In this document: in pieces, positions 8,809-18,850 of the stretch
Layout: every line of letters begins with the position of its first letter
How positions within the stretch are numbered: position 1 is the stretch's first letter
From: an uncultured Chloroflexia bacterium
GTDB taxonomy: Bacteria; Chloroflexota; Limnocylindria; Limnocylindrales; CSP1-4
Direction of reading: 5' to 3'
DNA length: 64,000 nucleotides
Assembly: GCA_963789865.1 (NCBI GenBank)
Contig: CAWBMD010000002.1
Location: 2,543 to 66,542 of the forward strand
Program-made: the position numbers and the translations under genes
The notes under the pieces: model-generated
Seen by the model: the letters and a program-made list of their open reading frames with translations, nothing else
Told to the model about the DNA's origin: nothing
The model's database searches: none

Positions 8809-9432
8809 CTACCCGGCCTTCGCGCCGCAGTTCCCGCAGAAGCGCGTGCCGGCGGCGAGGTCCGCGCCGCACTGGCCGCACTTGTTCTGGCCCGTCGGCG
8901 ACCCGCAGTTCGAGCAGAACTTCTCGCTGCCCACGGGCTTCCCGCACGTCGTGCAGACCGTGGCGCGCGCGCTCGTGTCGCCTGAGAACACCGTCTCCTG
9001 GCGCATCGCGTCGCGCATCTGGCTCAGCTCCACGCTGGACCGCTCCGCCTCCATCTCCGCCGCCAGGTTCGGGGCGCACGAGACGCACAGGCCGCGGGCC
9101 GAGTTGAAGCAGGTCTCGTCGGACCACTTGTTGCACCGCGCGCAGCGGGTGAACAGCGGCATGATCTCGTTCGCGGCCTTCTTGAGGGCCTCGTCCCGGG
9201 CACCGCGGTCCGTCATGTCCTTCGCCCGGTCGGCGAGGTTCGACGCGCTCCCGAAGAGGCCGCCGATCAGGCTGCTCGCCCCGCCCAGGAGCGAGCCCGC
9301 GGTCCCGAGCGTCGAGCGGGTGAACTCGCTCTTGTACCCGGAACCACAGACATCGCAGCGGAACTCGAACTGGTAGCCGCTCTCGTCCGACAGGTCCGAG
9401 TAGTTGTCCGTGAAGGGCGTGAAGCCCGCCAT
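8809..9432 (-). CDS. Zinc-ribbon domain protein, 207 aa (multiple CxxC pairs)
   Basis: Intact ORF: FRCDVCGSGYKSEF, TRCARCNKWSDETCFNSARGLCVSCAP, CTTCGKPVGSEKFCSNCGSP, CGQCGADLAAGTRFCGNCGAKAG. The last ribbon closely resembles the C-terminal ribbon of the 7370-7870 protein. Confidence 0.8.
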   Translation of the reverse strand: MAGFTPFTDNYSDLSDESGYQFEFRCDVCGSGYKSEFTRSTLGTAGSLLGGASSLIGGLFGSASNLADRAKDMTDRGARDEALKKAANEIMPLFTRCARCNKWSDETCFNSARGLCVSCAPNLAAEMEAERSSVELSQMRDAMRQETVFSGDTSARATVCTTCGKPVGSEKFCSNCGSPTGQNKCGQCGADLAAGTRFCGNCGAKAG

Positions 9433-9578
9433 CTGCCATCTCCCTGGTCGACATGGCCGGCCCTGATCGCACGGAGCACCGGCCCGTTGAGGATACGTCC
9501 GCCCGGCGCCCGCCAGAGGACCCGGCGCGCACCGCCGAGGGCTCGGCGCTCACCCCGGCGCGATCGGGCCAGCCCGGG

Positions 9579-10526
9579 TCAGGCCGCCCGGATGGCCTCC
9601 AGGACGGGCGCGAACCGCCCGAGCGTCTCGGCCGTCAGCGCCGGGAACGTGCTCGGCTCGTCGTCGGCGCCGACGTAGAACGTGAGGTGCGCCAGGCCCG
9701 CGTCACGGAACGCCCGGACCTGTGCCCCGACCTCGGCAGGGCTCCCCGCGAGATACCCGTCCCGAGGCACGGCGGTCCCGTCCCGGGACAGGGCGAGGCG
9801 GCTCCAGCCCGTGATCGCGAGGGTGGCCGGGTCACGGCCGACGGCCTCGCAGGCCCGCGCCATCGTCGCCCGGATCGCCGTCACGTCGGCGGTGGCGGAC
9901 AGAGGCGGTGTTGACGTTCGCGGCATCGCCCCAGCGCGCAGCCACTTCCGCCGTCCGCTCACCGAGCGCGCCGACCCAGACCGGCAGGCCGCCCGGGCGC
10001 GGGCCGCGCGGCACGATCACGGCATCGTCGGCCCGGACGTGGACGCCCTGGAAGGTGAGGGCCGGCTCGCGCAGCATGCGTGCGGCGACCTCGACCGATT
10101 CCGCGAAGCGGCCGACGTGCCGCTCGGCGGGGTAGCCGAACGCGCGCCATGATTCGTCGCGGGCCGGCACGCCACTGCCCAGACCCGAGCACGACCCGGC
10201 CGCCGCTCACCTCGTCGAGCGTGTCCGCCATCTTGGCGAGCAGCGCCGGGTTGCGGAACCCCGTGCAGGCGACGAACGGGCCGATCCCGATCCGCGTCGT
10301 GGCCTCGGCGGCCGCCGTCAGGATCGTCCAGCACTCCCAGAAACCGAACAGCGGACGTCCCGACAGGCGCCGCTGGAGATGGTCAGGCACCCAGAGGGTG
10401 TCCACGCCGAGCGCTTCCATGTCCAGCGCGAGCGCCCGCATCTCGCGGCCAGCTGGCGTAGCCGCCGTCCCGGAGCGGCCACGTCGGGAGGTTCAGGCCG
10501 ATGCGGATCGGATCGGGGTTCGTCAT
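9579..10526 (-). CDS. LLM-class (luciferase-like) flavin/F420-dependent oxidoreductase, interrupted by about 3 frameshifts
   Basis: ATG 10526 gives MTNPDPIRIGLNLPTWP. Then, in other frames: MRALALDMEALGVDTLWVPDHLQ...FVACTGFRNPALLAKMADTLDEVSGGRVVLG (ORF 9959-10441); FGYPAERHVGRFAESVEVAARML...LPVWVGALGERTAEVAARWGDAANV (9832-10170); AGSPAEVGAQVRAFRDAGLAHLTFYV (9579-9962). Confidence 0.8.
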
Positions 10527-10599
10527 GGCCCGGACTCTACCGCGGTCGGGCGCCGGACCGGGCGGCGTTCGTCCGGGGCACGTCGGGGCTCAGGTCGGC

Positions 10600-11399
10600 G
10601 CGGCCAGGTCCCGGCGCGGGAAGCGCCACAGCCCGTAGGCGGTGCTCGCCACCAGCACGCTCGGCGAGGACGAGGAAGTCCCCGGGGGACGCCTTGCCGC
10701 CCAGGATCTCCAGCGGGTGCAGGTAGTGGAACGGCGAGTACGGCTGGAGGAACGCGGCATCCGGCCAGAGCGTGCCGAGGATCTCCAGCACGTACCCGAG
10801 AAGCGTCACCGCGAGGGCGATCCCGATCGCCGGGGTCAGCCGGTCGAAGGAGGCGGACGCGGCCAGCGAGATCCCGGCGAGCGCCGCCAGCAGCAGCACG
10901 GTGTTGAAGCCCGAGGAGCGCCATCATGCCGGCGTCGAGCCCGCCGGCGACGCCGTAGAGCAGGGCGCCGGCCACGGTCCCGATGGTCGTCGCCACGGTC
11001 GTGATGACGGCCGCGCCGATGACAGCCACCAGCAGCGTCAGGTACAGGGACGCGCCGGGACAACGGCCGCGACAGCAGCACCTCCAGCGTCCCGCGCTGC
11101 CTCTCGCCCGCGATCGCAGCCGCCGCGAAGCCCACCGGGTACACGATCTCGAGGGCGATGGCGATCGGATGCACCGCGCCCAGCGCGACGGACCCGTTGA
11201 TGCTGAATGGGTCGGCGCCCATGAGGCGCAGGAATGCGTCCGGGATGATCCCGGACTTGATGAGCGACTCCATCTGGTGCCCGAAGGTCGCGTAGATGAC
11301 CGGCATCAGGAAGCCCCAGGCGCCCAGCGACAGGGCGATGATCCCGAGGCGGACCCGGTGCGTTCGCCAGGTGTGCCGGAGGAGCGGCCCGCTGATCAC
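10600..11399 (-). CDS. ABC-2 type transporter permease, interrupted by at least 3 frameshifts
   Basis: GTG 11399 overlaps the ATPase stop (GTGA). Sequence: [40 protein letters not shown]...AAIAGERQRGTLEVLLSRPLSRR (ORF 10836-11561). Then VIGAAVITTVATTIGTVAGALLYG (10523-11029), then LLLAALAGISLAASASF...LQPYSPFHYLHP (10537-10899). The C-terminus VLVASTAYGLWRFPRRDLAAPT has its stop at 10600-10602 in the third frame. Confidence 0.7.
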
Positions 11400-12359
11400 C
11401 GGCGCGCGCCCTCGGCCTCGTGCTGCGCCTCCTCCGCGGCCTCGCCCGCGTACAGCTCCAGGAAGACGTCCTCCAGCCGCGCCGGCTCGATGACGAGGTC
11501 CGCGAGCGCCACGCCGCGGAGCGCCTCCAGGAACGGCCCCGGGTCGCCGGAGAGCGCGCACGTCAGGACGTCCCCGTCGACGGCCACCTCGCTCACCCCC
11601 GCCACGCCGGCGAGGTCCGGCGGCGGCCCGGCCAACCGTGCGGTCACGCCGCGCCGGCGCCGCGCGACCAGCGTGGCCACGTCCTCGAGCGCGACCAGGC
11701 GCCCGGCGCGCACGATCGCCACGCGGTCGCAGACCCGCTCCACCTCAGACAGCACGTGCGACGAGAAGAACACGGCGCGCCCCGAGGCGCGGACATCGTC
11801 CAGGATCGAGTAGAAGGCGCGCTGCATGAGCGGGTCGAGGCCCTCGCTGGGCTCGTCGAGGATGGCGAGCTCCGGGTCGTGCTGGAGCGCCTGGACGATG
11901 CCGATCTTCTGGCGCATGCCGCGCGAGTAGTCGCGGATCGGCCGCGCGAGCGTGCGCGGCGTCAGCTCGAGGCGGTCGCACAGCTCCGCGCGGCGCACCG
12001 GCGGGCGACCCGAGAGCTCCGCGAGATAGTCGAGGTGCCGCTCCCCGGTGAGCCCGTCGTACAGGGCAATGCCCCCGGGCAGGTAGCCGACCCGCGAACG
12101 GATCGCGACGGAGTCCCGTTCCGATGTCCAGGCCGAGGACCGAGGCGCGGCCGGCGGTCGGGTGCAGGAAGCCGAGGAGCAGGCGGATGAGCGTGCTCTT
12201 GCCGGCCCCGTTCGGGCCGAGGAAGCCGAAGATCTCGCCTGCCGCACGTCGAGCGACACGCCTCGAGGGCTCGGACGGCCGGAGGGCTTGCGTCAGGCCG
12301 TCGGCCGGATCGCGCTCATCGCTGGCAAGGCTACGTCCAGGCCCCTCGGCCGTGATCAC
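11396..12359 (-). CDS. ABC transporter ATP-binding protein (ABC-2 exporter type), N-terminal region frameshifted several times
   Basis: Walker [31 protein letters not shown] is in the frame of ORF 11745-12980. The rest is in ORF 11396-12259: [66 protein letters not shown]. The likely start is GTG near 12359 (VITAEG). Confidence 0.85.
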
Positions 12360-12443
12360 GCTCAGTCGCGGCAAGGCTAGCCGTCGCGGGCCATTGCCGC
12401 GCCGGGAGCCGCGGCCACGGCGCGCGGGGCGCCCCCGAGCCGG

Positions 12444-12449
12444 TACGAT
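12444..12449 (+). promoter_or_regulatory. Candidate -10 hexamer (TACGAT) for a leaderless tdk transcript
   Basis: TACGAT ends 6 nt before the GTG start at 12456, and there is no SD sequence in between. This arrangement is common for leaderless genes in high-GC Gram-positives. Confidence 0.3.
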
Positions 12450-12455
12450 CGGGAC

Positions 12456-13089
12456 GTGCTGTTCCGTGCCGATCCCTGGCTCCACGTCATCGCCGGCTGC
12501 ATGTCGTCGGGCAAGACCGACGAGCTGCTGCGCCTGCTCCGCCGCGCCGAGATCGCGAAGCGGCGGATCCTGCTCGTCCGCCCGGACGTGGACGACCGCA
12601 CGCCCGCCGAGTACGCGGAGAGCCGCAGCAAGGCGCGCTACCCGTCGGTGCCTGGTGCCCAAGGGCGAGCCGGTCCGGATCCTGTCGCTCGCGCGCGAGC
12701 GCGACGTGGACCTGGTGGGCATCGAGGAGGCCCAGTTCTTCGACGCCAGCCTCGTCCGCGTCGTCGAGACGCTGCGCCAGAGCGGCCGCCACGTCATCGC
12801 CAGCGGGCTCAACACGGACTTCGCCGGGCGCCCGTTCGGGTCGATGCCGGAGCTGCTGGCGCTCTCCGACGAGATCACGATGCTGAGCGCGATCTGCGTG
12901 GTCTGCGGCGAGACGGCGACCCGGACCCAGCGCCTGGTGGGCGGCCGGCCGGCGGCGATCGACGACCCGCTCATCGTCATCGGCGGGTTCGACGCCCCGC
13001 GGATCGAGACCTACGAGGCGCGCTGCCTGCGGCACCACGAGGTCGCGCCGGCGGGTTCCGCCCGCGGCGTCGTCGCCGACGAGGGCTGA
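12456..13089 (+). CDS. tdk: Thymidine kinase, one frameshift near 12640
   Basis: ORF 12456-13376 starts [48 protein letters not shown] (P-loop). The remainder is in ORF 12124-13089: [13 protein letters not shown]...[48 protein letters not shown] (C-terminal zinc motif). Confidence 0.85.
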
Positions 13090-13116
13090 CGCGGCTGCGG
13101 CCGTCCGCTGCGAGTC

Positions 13117-13191
13117 TGCTCCACAGGTTGTCCACGCCGCCCGCGAATCGTGGACAACTTCGCCGCCGGGCGCCCGAATCTCGTGGACAAG
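13117..13191. promoter_or_regulatory. Cluster of four DnaA-box-like 9-mers (two direct, two inverted)
   Basis: tGCTCCACA (13117-13125) and TTGTCCACg (13128-13136) are on the + strand. cGTGGACAA at 13149-13157 and 13182-13190 is TTGTCCACg on the - strand. Each matches the actinobacterial consensus TT(G/C)TCCACA at 8 of 9 positions. The last two sit in a longer direct repeat, cgaatc(tc)gtggacaa. Confidence 0.4.
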
Positions 13192-13445
13192 TCCGTTGGC
13201 CGCCCGGCCGTGCGCCGGTATGGTTCGTCTTGCCCGAAGGGGCCGGTGGTACCGACACCGGACCGGTGAGCGATCACCGGACCGGGTTCCCGAACCGCCG
13301 CCACGATGGCCGCAAGGTCGACGAGGTGGCTGGAGACCGGGACCGCTGCGACAGGGCCGAGCTTGCTTGGCAGTGACGTGGGCGAGACGGTGCGGTACGG
13401 TTCCTTCGGGCGCTTTCGTGTGCGCCGCGATCCTCCGGATCGCCG

Positions 13446-13960
13446 ATGTCCAAGCTGTCCGCCGGCCTGCTGCTCTACCGTCGCAGCCGGTGACGACATC
13501 GAGGTCCTGATCGCCCATCCCGGGCGGGCCGATCTGGGCGCGCCGCGACACCGGCGCCTGGTCCCTCCCGAAGGGCGCGCCCCTGGATCACGAGTCGGAC
13601 CTGCTCGAGGCCGCCCGACGCGAGTTCCACGAGGAGACGGGCCACCGGCCGCCCGACGGCGACGCCATGGACCTCGGCGAGGTCCGGATGCGGTCCGGCA
13701 AGATCGTGCGCGGCTGGGCCATCGAGGGCGACCTCGACCCCGGCGACGCTCCGGAGCATGGAGGTGGAGGTCGAGTGGCCGCCGCGCTCCGGCCGCGTGA
13801 TCCGCGTGCCCGAGATCGACCGCGTGCTGTGGGCGCGCCCCGCCGAGGCGCGCCGCCGGCTCAACCCCGCGCAGGCCGCGTTCGTGGACCGCTGCTCCTG
13901 GCGCTCGCCCGGGCGTCGAGGCACACGCCGGCCGCTGCCGGCCGCGCGCCGCGAACGCGC
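13446..13960 (+). CDS. NUDIX hydrolase (COG4119-like), about 4 frameshifts; 3' end approximate
   Basis: ATG 13446 gives MSKLSAGLLLYRR, then GDDIEVLIAHPG. WSLPKGAPLDHESDLLEAARREFHEETGHRPPDG is the NUDIX box. Further: GKIVRGWAIEGDLDP, VEVEWPPRSGRVIRVPEIDRVLWARPAEARRRLNPAQAAFVDR. These pieces are spread over three frames (ORFs 13306-13800, 13667-15163, 13758-14678). There is no stop codon in any frame for more than 100 nt, so the end cannot be fixed. Confidence 0.7.
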
Positions 13961-14045
13961 GGCCAGCACGACCCGGCTGCGCCCGCATGCCCCATGCAGC
14001 GTCGCCCAGGCCCCGACGCCCTCCCCTCGCCGCGCCGCGGACCGC

Positions 14046-15258
14046 GTGGACGTGGCGGTCATCGGCGCCGGGATCGTCGGCCTCGCGACCGCGCTCCGGC
14101 TCCTCGAGCCGCGCCCGGACCTGCGGCTCGTCGTGCTGGAGCGGCGAGGATCGCGTCGCCGCCCACCAGTCCGGTCACAACTCCGGCGTGGTCCACGCCG
14201 GGCTGTACTACGCGCCCGGGCTCCCAGAAGGCGCTGCTCTGCCGCGAGGGCAAGGGCCTCCTCGAGCGGTACTGCGAGGAGCACGACATCCCGATCGCGT
14301 TCCCCGGCAAGCTGGTCGTGGCCCTCGACGAGACGGAGCTGCCGCGCCTCGCCGCGCTCCGGGCGCGCGGCGAGGCGAACGGCGTGGACGGGCTCGAGGA
14401 GGTCGGGCCCGGAGCGCATCCGCGAGATCGAGCCGCACGTCGCCGGGATCCGGGCGCTCTGGAGCCCGCGGACCGGGATCACGGACTTCACGCGCGTCAC
14501 GCGGGCCTACGCGGACGACGTGGCCGGCTCGCGGCGGCGCGATCGAGCTGTCGCGGCCCGTCACCGCGATCGAGCGGCGCCCGGACGGCCTGGTCCTCTC
14601 GACGCCCCGCGGCCCGGTCCATGGCGGCGAACGTCATCGCCTGCGCCGGGCTGTGGTCGGACCGCGTGGCGGCGCTGACCGGCGACGCGACGCCGGACTC
14701 GCCCCGGATCGTCCCGTTCCGCGGCGACTACTACACGCTCGACGCCGACGCGGCGGCCCTCGTCAACGGGCTCGTCTACCCGGTCCCGGACCCGCGCTTC
14801 CCGTTCCTCGGCGTCCACCTCACGCGCCGCATCGACGGCGAGGTGTGGGCCGGCCCGAACGCCGTGCTGGCGTTCAGCCGGGCCGGCTACCGGCGCCGCG
14901 ACGTCTCGCCGAGCGACCTCGGCGAGGCCCTGGCCAACCCGGGGTTCCGCCGGCTGGCCCGGAGCTTCTGGCGGATGGGCACTCGCCGAGATGTGGCGCG
15001 ACGCGAGCCGGGGCGCCTTCGCGAAGGAGGTGCAGCGCTTCCTGCCCGTCCCTCCGCCCGGACCAGCTCGCGGTTCGGGCCGTCCGGGCGTGCGCGCCCA
15101 GGCGCTCGGCCGCGACGGCACGCTGGTGGACGACTTCGACCTCGCCGGGAGCGGACGCGCTGATCCACGTCCGGAACGCGCCCTCGCCCGCGGCCACGAG
15201 CTCGCTGGCGATCGGCGCCCGGCTGGCGACGCAGGCGCTGGAGCAGTTCGGCCTGTAG
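14046..15258 (+). CDS. lhgO: L-2-hydroxyglutarate oxidase/dehydrogenase (FAD-dependent), at least 8 frameshifts
   Basis: Pieces across all three frames: VDVAVIGAGIVGLATALRLLE (GxGxxG); DRVAAHQSGHNSGVVHAGLYYAPG; KALLCREGKGLLERYCEEHDIPIAFPGKLVVA; ERIREIEPHVAGIRALWSPRTGITDF; ANVIACAGLWSDRVAAL...IVPFRGDYYTL...LVYPVPDPRFPFLGVHLTRRIDGEVWAGPNAVLAF; ALIHVRNAPSPAATSSLAIGARLA. The stop is at 15258. Confidence 0.85.
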
Positions 15259-15406
15259 GCGCGTGCCGGGGCGACGCCGCGGACGCTGGCCGCCCGCAGG
15301 AGCGCGTCCCGAGCGGCGCGCCGCCGGTGTGTCGCGGACGGCTCCGGACGACAGCGCGGACGCCCCGCGCCAGCACGATCCGGCAACGGCGGGCAGACTC
15401 TGGGGG

Positions 15407-18110
15407 ATGACCAGCCAGTCCCGGCCGCCCGAGGCCGACCCGAGCGCCGCCCGGCGCACGCCCCGCACGGGCATGGGCCCGGCCGCCACGATGGGCCTGT
15501 TCCTGTTCGGTGCGCTCGACCCTGCTCGGGCTCGCCGGTGCCGTCGCGGCCGTGGTCTCCTTCTCCGGCCTCATGCGGGACCTGCCGGCGCCGCAGATCC
15601 TCGAGCAGATCGAGCTGCCCGAGCAGTCGGTCGTGTACGACCGGACCGGCAAGACGGAGCTCGCCCGGTTCGGGGAGTTCAACCGGGACGTCGTCACCTT
15701 CGACGAGATCCCGCCGGTCCTCGTGGACGCCACGACCGCGGTCGAGGACCGGACCTTCTGGGAGAACTCCGGCTTCGACCCCGTGGGCATCGTCGCCGCC
15801 GGGCTCGACGCGCTCCGCGGCAACGCCCGCGGCGCCTCCACGATCACCCAGCAGCTGGTGCGCCAGCGCCTGCTGACGACCGACACGTCGGCCACCGCGG
15901 TGGCCCAGACCGAGCGTTCCGCGGAGCGCAAGCTCAAGGAGATCATCCAGTCGATCCGCGTCACCCAGGCCTTCCCGGGCGAGGCGGGCAAGCAGCGGAT
16001 CATGGCCGCCTACCTCAACCAGAACTACTACGGCAACGAGTCGTACGGCGTCGCGGCGGCCGCCCGAGAGCTACTTCGGGGTCCCGCTGAAGGACATCAC
16101 CCTCGCCCAGGCGGCGATCCTCGCCTCGCTGCCCAAGGCCCCGTCCTCCTACGACCTGGTCCAGAACGCCGTCGAGACAGTGCGTCGACCCCAACGTCAC
16201 CGCGGACACCTGCACGAAGTCGCAGCTGGTGGTCCCGGCGGACACCGCGATCGTCCAGCGCCGCAACCAGGTCCTCGACCTGATGGCGAAGGGCCGGACG
16301 CCGCTCACCGGCGACACGTACACCGCGGCCGACTTCGAGGCCGCGAAGGCCGAGCCGGTGGTGCTCGCGCCCGCAGCGCGCCGTCCAGTGGACGGCCCCG
16401 CAGTTCGTGTGGCAGGTCCGCCGGGAGCTGGCGACCCGCCTGTGCGGCCGGGGCCGAGACCTGCCCGCTGCTGGAGCGCGGCGGCCTGACGATCACGTCC
16501 GACGCTCGACATGCGCCTGCAGGGCCTCGCCGAGAAGTGGGTCAAGGCCGCGACCATCGTGCCGCACGCCAAGAACCCGCGGGCGACGGCCAAGCGCCTC
16601 GGCCTGACGTACGAGCCCTGGATGGCGAACCTGCGCAACAAGAAGCTCTACAACGGGGCGCTGGTCGCGCAGGACTACCAGACGGGCGAGCTCGTGGCGT
16701 ACGTCGGCTCGGCGGACCCCTACGCGACCAAGGCGACCAAGAAGTTCCAGCCGCGGTTCGACGTCCTCGCGGACGGGTGGCGCCAGCCCGGCTCGGCGTT
16801 CAAGCCCATCGTCTACGCCACCGGCATCGAGGATCGCAAGATCACGGCCGCCACGATGTTCATGGACGTCGTGACGGACTTCGGCGGCGGCTACACCCCG
16901 ACCGACGCCGACAACACGGAGCGCGGCCCCGTCCGCGTCGAGGACGCGCTGCGGTTCTCGCTCAACATCCCCGCGGTCAAGGCGATGGCGGTCATCGGCA
17001 ACGACCGCGGTCCAGGCCCAGGCCGAGACGATGGGCGTCAACTTCCTGAACGGCCAGACGAACGCCGGCCTCTCGTTCGCGCTGGGCGTCGAGGAGGTCC
17101 ACCCCCTGGATCTCGTGCGGGCCTACGGCGTGCTCGCCGACGGCGGCCAGCTGGTGGACCAGACCACGATCGTGACCGTGACCGGGCAGCAACGGCATCG
17201 AGCTGCTGGGGGCGAGCACGCGGCCCGCGCCCAAGCAGGCGCTCGGCGCCGACACCGCGTCGGTCATCACGGACATCCTGGCCGGCAACACCAACCCCAC
17301 GATCAACCCGTTCTGGGGCAAGTTCGCGATCATGGACGGCAACAAGCGGCGGCCGGCCACGCTCAAGACGGGCACCAACAACGACGCCCGGGACCTGAAC
17401 GCCTACGGCTACATCGGGGCGCCGACACGGCCGGGCGACCGCGGGGCGAGTACGCGCTGGCCGTCGGCGCCTGGAACGGCAACTCGGACAACTCGCTCGT
17501 GAGCACCCCGAGCGATCCGCTGTTCTCCATCGAGGTCACGACCTTCGTCTGGCAGGGCTTCCTGGAGGAGGCGACCAAGGGCTGGGGCATCCACGGGTTC
17601 CGCCAGGCCGGACGGGCTGGCCCAGGCGACGGTGGACCCGTGGTCCGGCCTGCTGCCCGGGCCCGGCGCCCAGAAGACCGTGCGACGACCTGTTCCTGGC
17701 CGGGCACGGCGCCCAAGGTGACGCTGCCCCAGGACCTCAGGTGCGGCGAGGCGGTGCTGCTCACGGCCGGGTACGAGAAGGATCACGACACGTGGCTGGC
17801 CGCCGACCGCGCGTGGATGAAGCGGGCCGCGAAGGGCCCCGGCGTCGCCGGCGGGCCCAAGAACACCCGGACCGCGTACTTCTACAACGGCCTGTTCAAC
17901 CCGTACGGCCGCTCCTGGGGTCCCCTGGTCGGGACGGGGCAGGGATGCGCCACGCCGTCGCCGAGCGTGACGCCGGACCCGTGCGCGTCGGTGGACCCGC
18001 TGGCGTCGGTCGACCCGCTCGCGACCGTGGACCCGTCGGCCACGCCCGTCGTCTGCCCGACGCCGTCCACGCTTCCCGTCCGACTCGCCCTCGCCGACGC
18101 CCGGACGTGA
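15407..18110 (+). CDS. Class A penicillin-binding protein (bifunctional GT51 transglycosylase / transpeptidase), about 10 frameshifts
   Basis: ATG 15407 follows GGGGG. GT51 motifs: EDRTFWENSGFDPVGI, GASTITQQLVRQ, RKLKEII. Transpeptidase motifs: GSAFKPIVY (SxxK), FSLNIP (SxN), LKTGTNND (KTG). The fragments lie in ORFs 15510-16283, 16229-16489, 16511-17398 and 17031-18110. The C-terminus carries the 18-nt repeats SVDPLASVDPLATVDPSA and a Pro/Thr-rich region. Confidence 0.85.
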
Positions 18111-18354
18111 GCGCATCCTCGCCGCCCACGGAGCCGCCGACGCCGGTCCCGACACGACCGCCGGTGGTCACCCCCGCGCCCACGCGACGCCGACACCCGC
18201 GCCGACACCGGTCACGCCCGGCCCGACACCGGCTCCGACTCCCGGCCGACGCCGAGCCCCGCCGCGTCCTGACGCGCGCCGACCGGGATCCGCCGCGCCC
18301 GCCGACCGACCGGACCGCCCGACGGGCGGCTGCGCCGTCGCCCGGTACGGGCCG

Positions 18355-18650
18355 GTCAGCGGACCGGCGCGAACTGCTGCCCGCAGGGACGGCAGGATCG
18401 TCTCCGCGATCCGCCGCAGGCGCTCCAACGGGCGCCGATCCCGGCGACGACGGCGAGGTCCGTGAACCCGAGGTCCAGCTGGCGCCGGGCGAACGCCTCG
18501 TAGGCCGTCTCGCTCGCGACCGTCGGGGGCAGCAACCCCAGGTGGAACGCCGGACGGCGGCCGGGTCCCGGCCGACATCCCGGCACGCGGCCTGGAACGG
18601 GGCCCAATCCGCTCCTCGACGGTGGTGGTCACGCCGTCGGTGGCCGCGTC
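18355..18650 (-). pseudogene. Possible remnant of the C-terminal part of an LLM-class oxidoreductase
   Basis: Minus-strand pieces in different frames resemble the tail of LLM enzymes: ADWAPFQAACRDVGRDPAAVRRSTWG, LLPPTVASETAYEAFARRQLDLGFTDLAVVAG, PLERLRRIAETILPSLRA. No N-terminal TIM-barrel part is present upstream. Confidence 0.3.
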
Positions 18651-18850
18651 GGGAGCGCGCCGGTCGGACGGCGGCTGCCGGGATCGTCGCGCGGCCTCCG
18701 TGTCTCTCGAAGGGGGCTCGTCTCAGCGTTCTCTCATGGGATCGGCCGTATCATCCCGGCGGCCGGACCGGAGGGGCGTCGGCAATCCAAGCCGGATCGA
18801 ATCGAATCCAGCCGTTTCGAAGCGAGCTGACCACCCACTCGGAGAGGCGC

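Noticed and set aside
10523-10526. ATGA stop/start overlap between ORF 10523-11029 and the LLM gene as evidence of coupling
   Set aside because: The permease's real C-terminus (VLVASTAYGLWRFPRRDLAAPT) ends at 10600 in another frame. The ORF reaching 10523 is a frameshift artefact and the overlap is coincidental.
13117-13191. The DnaA-box cluster as the chromosomal origin of replication
   Set aside because: There are only four boxes, no adjacent AT-rich unwinding element, and no dnaA, dnaN, rpmH or parAB genes nearby. I kept it as a possible DnaA-binding or regulatory site instead.
13222-13296. A tRNA gene in the tdk-NUDIX gap
   Set aside because: The fold has an anticodon-like 7-nt loop, but the D-like arm has a 4-nt loop and the third arm is a 7-bp stem with a tetraloop instead of a T-arm (no GTTCRA-type T-loop). 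There is no discriminator or CCA context. It is not a canonical tRNA.
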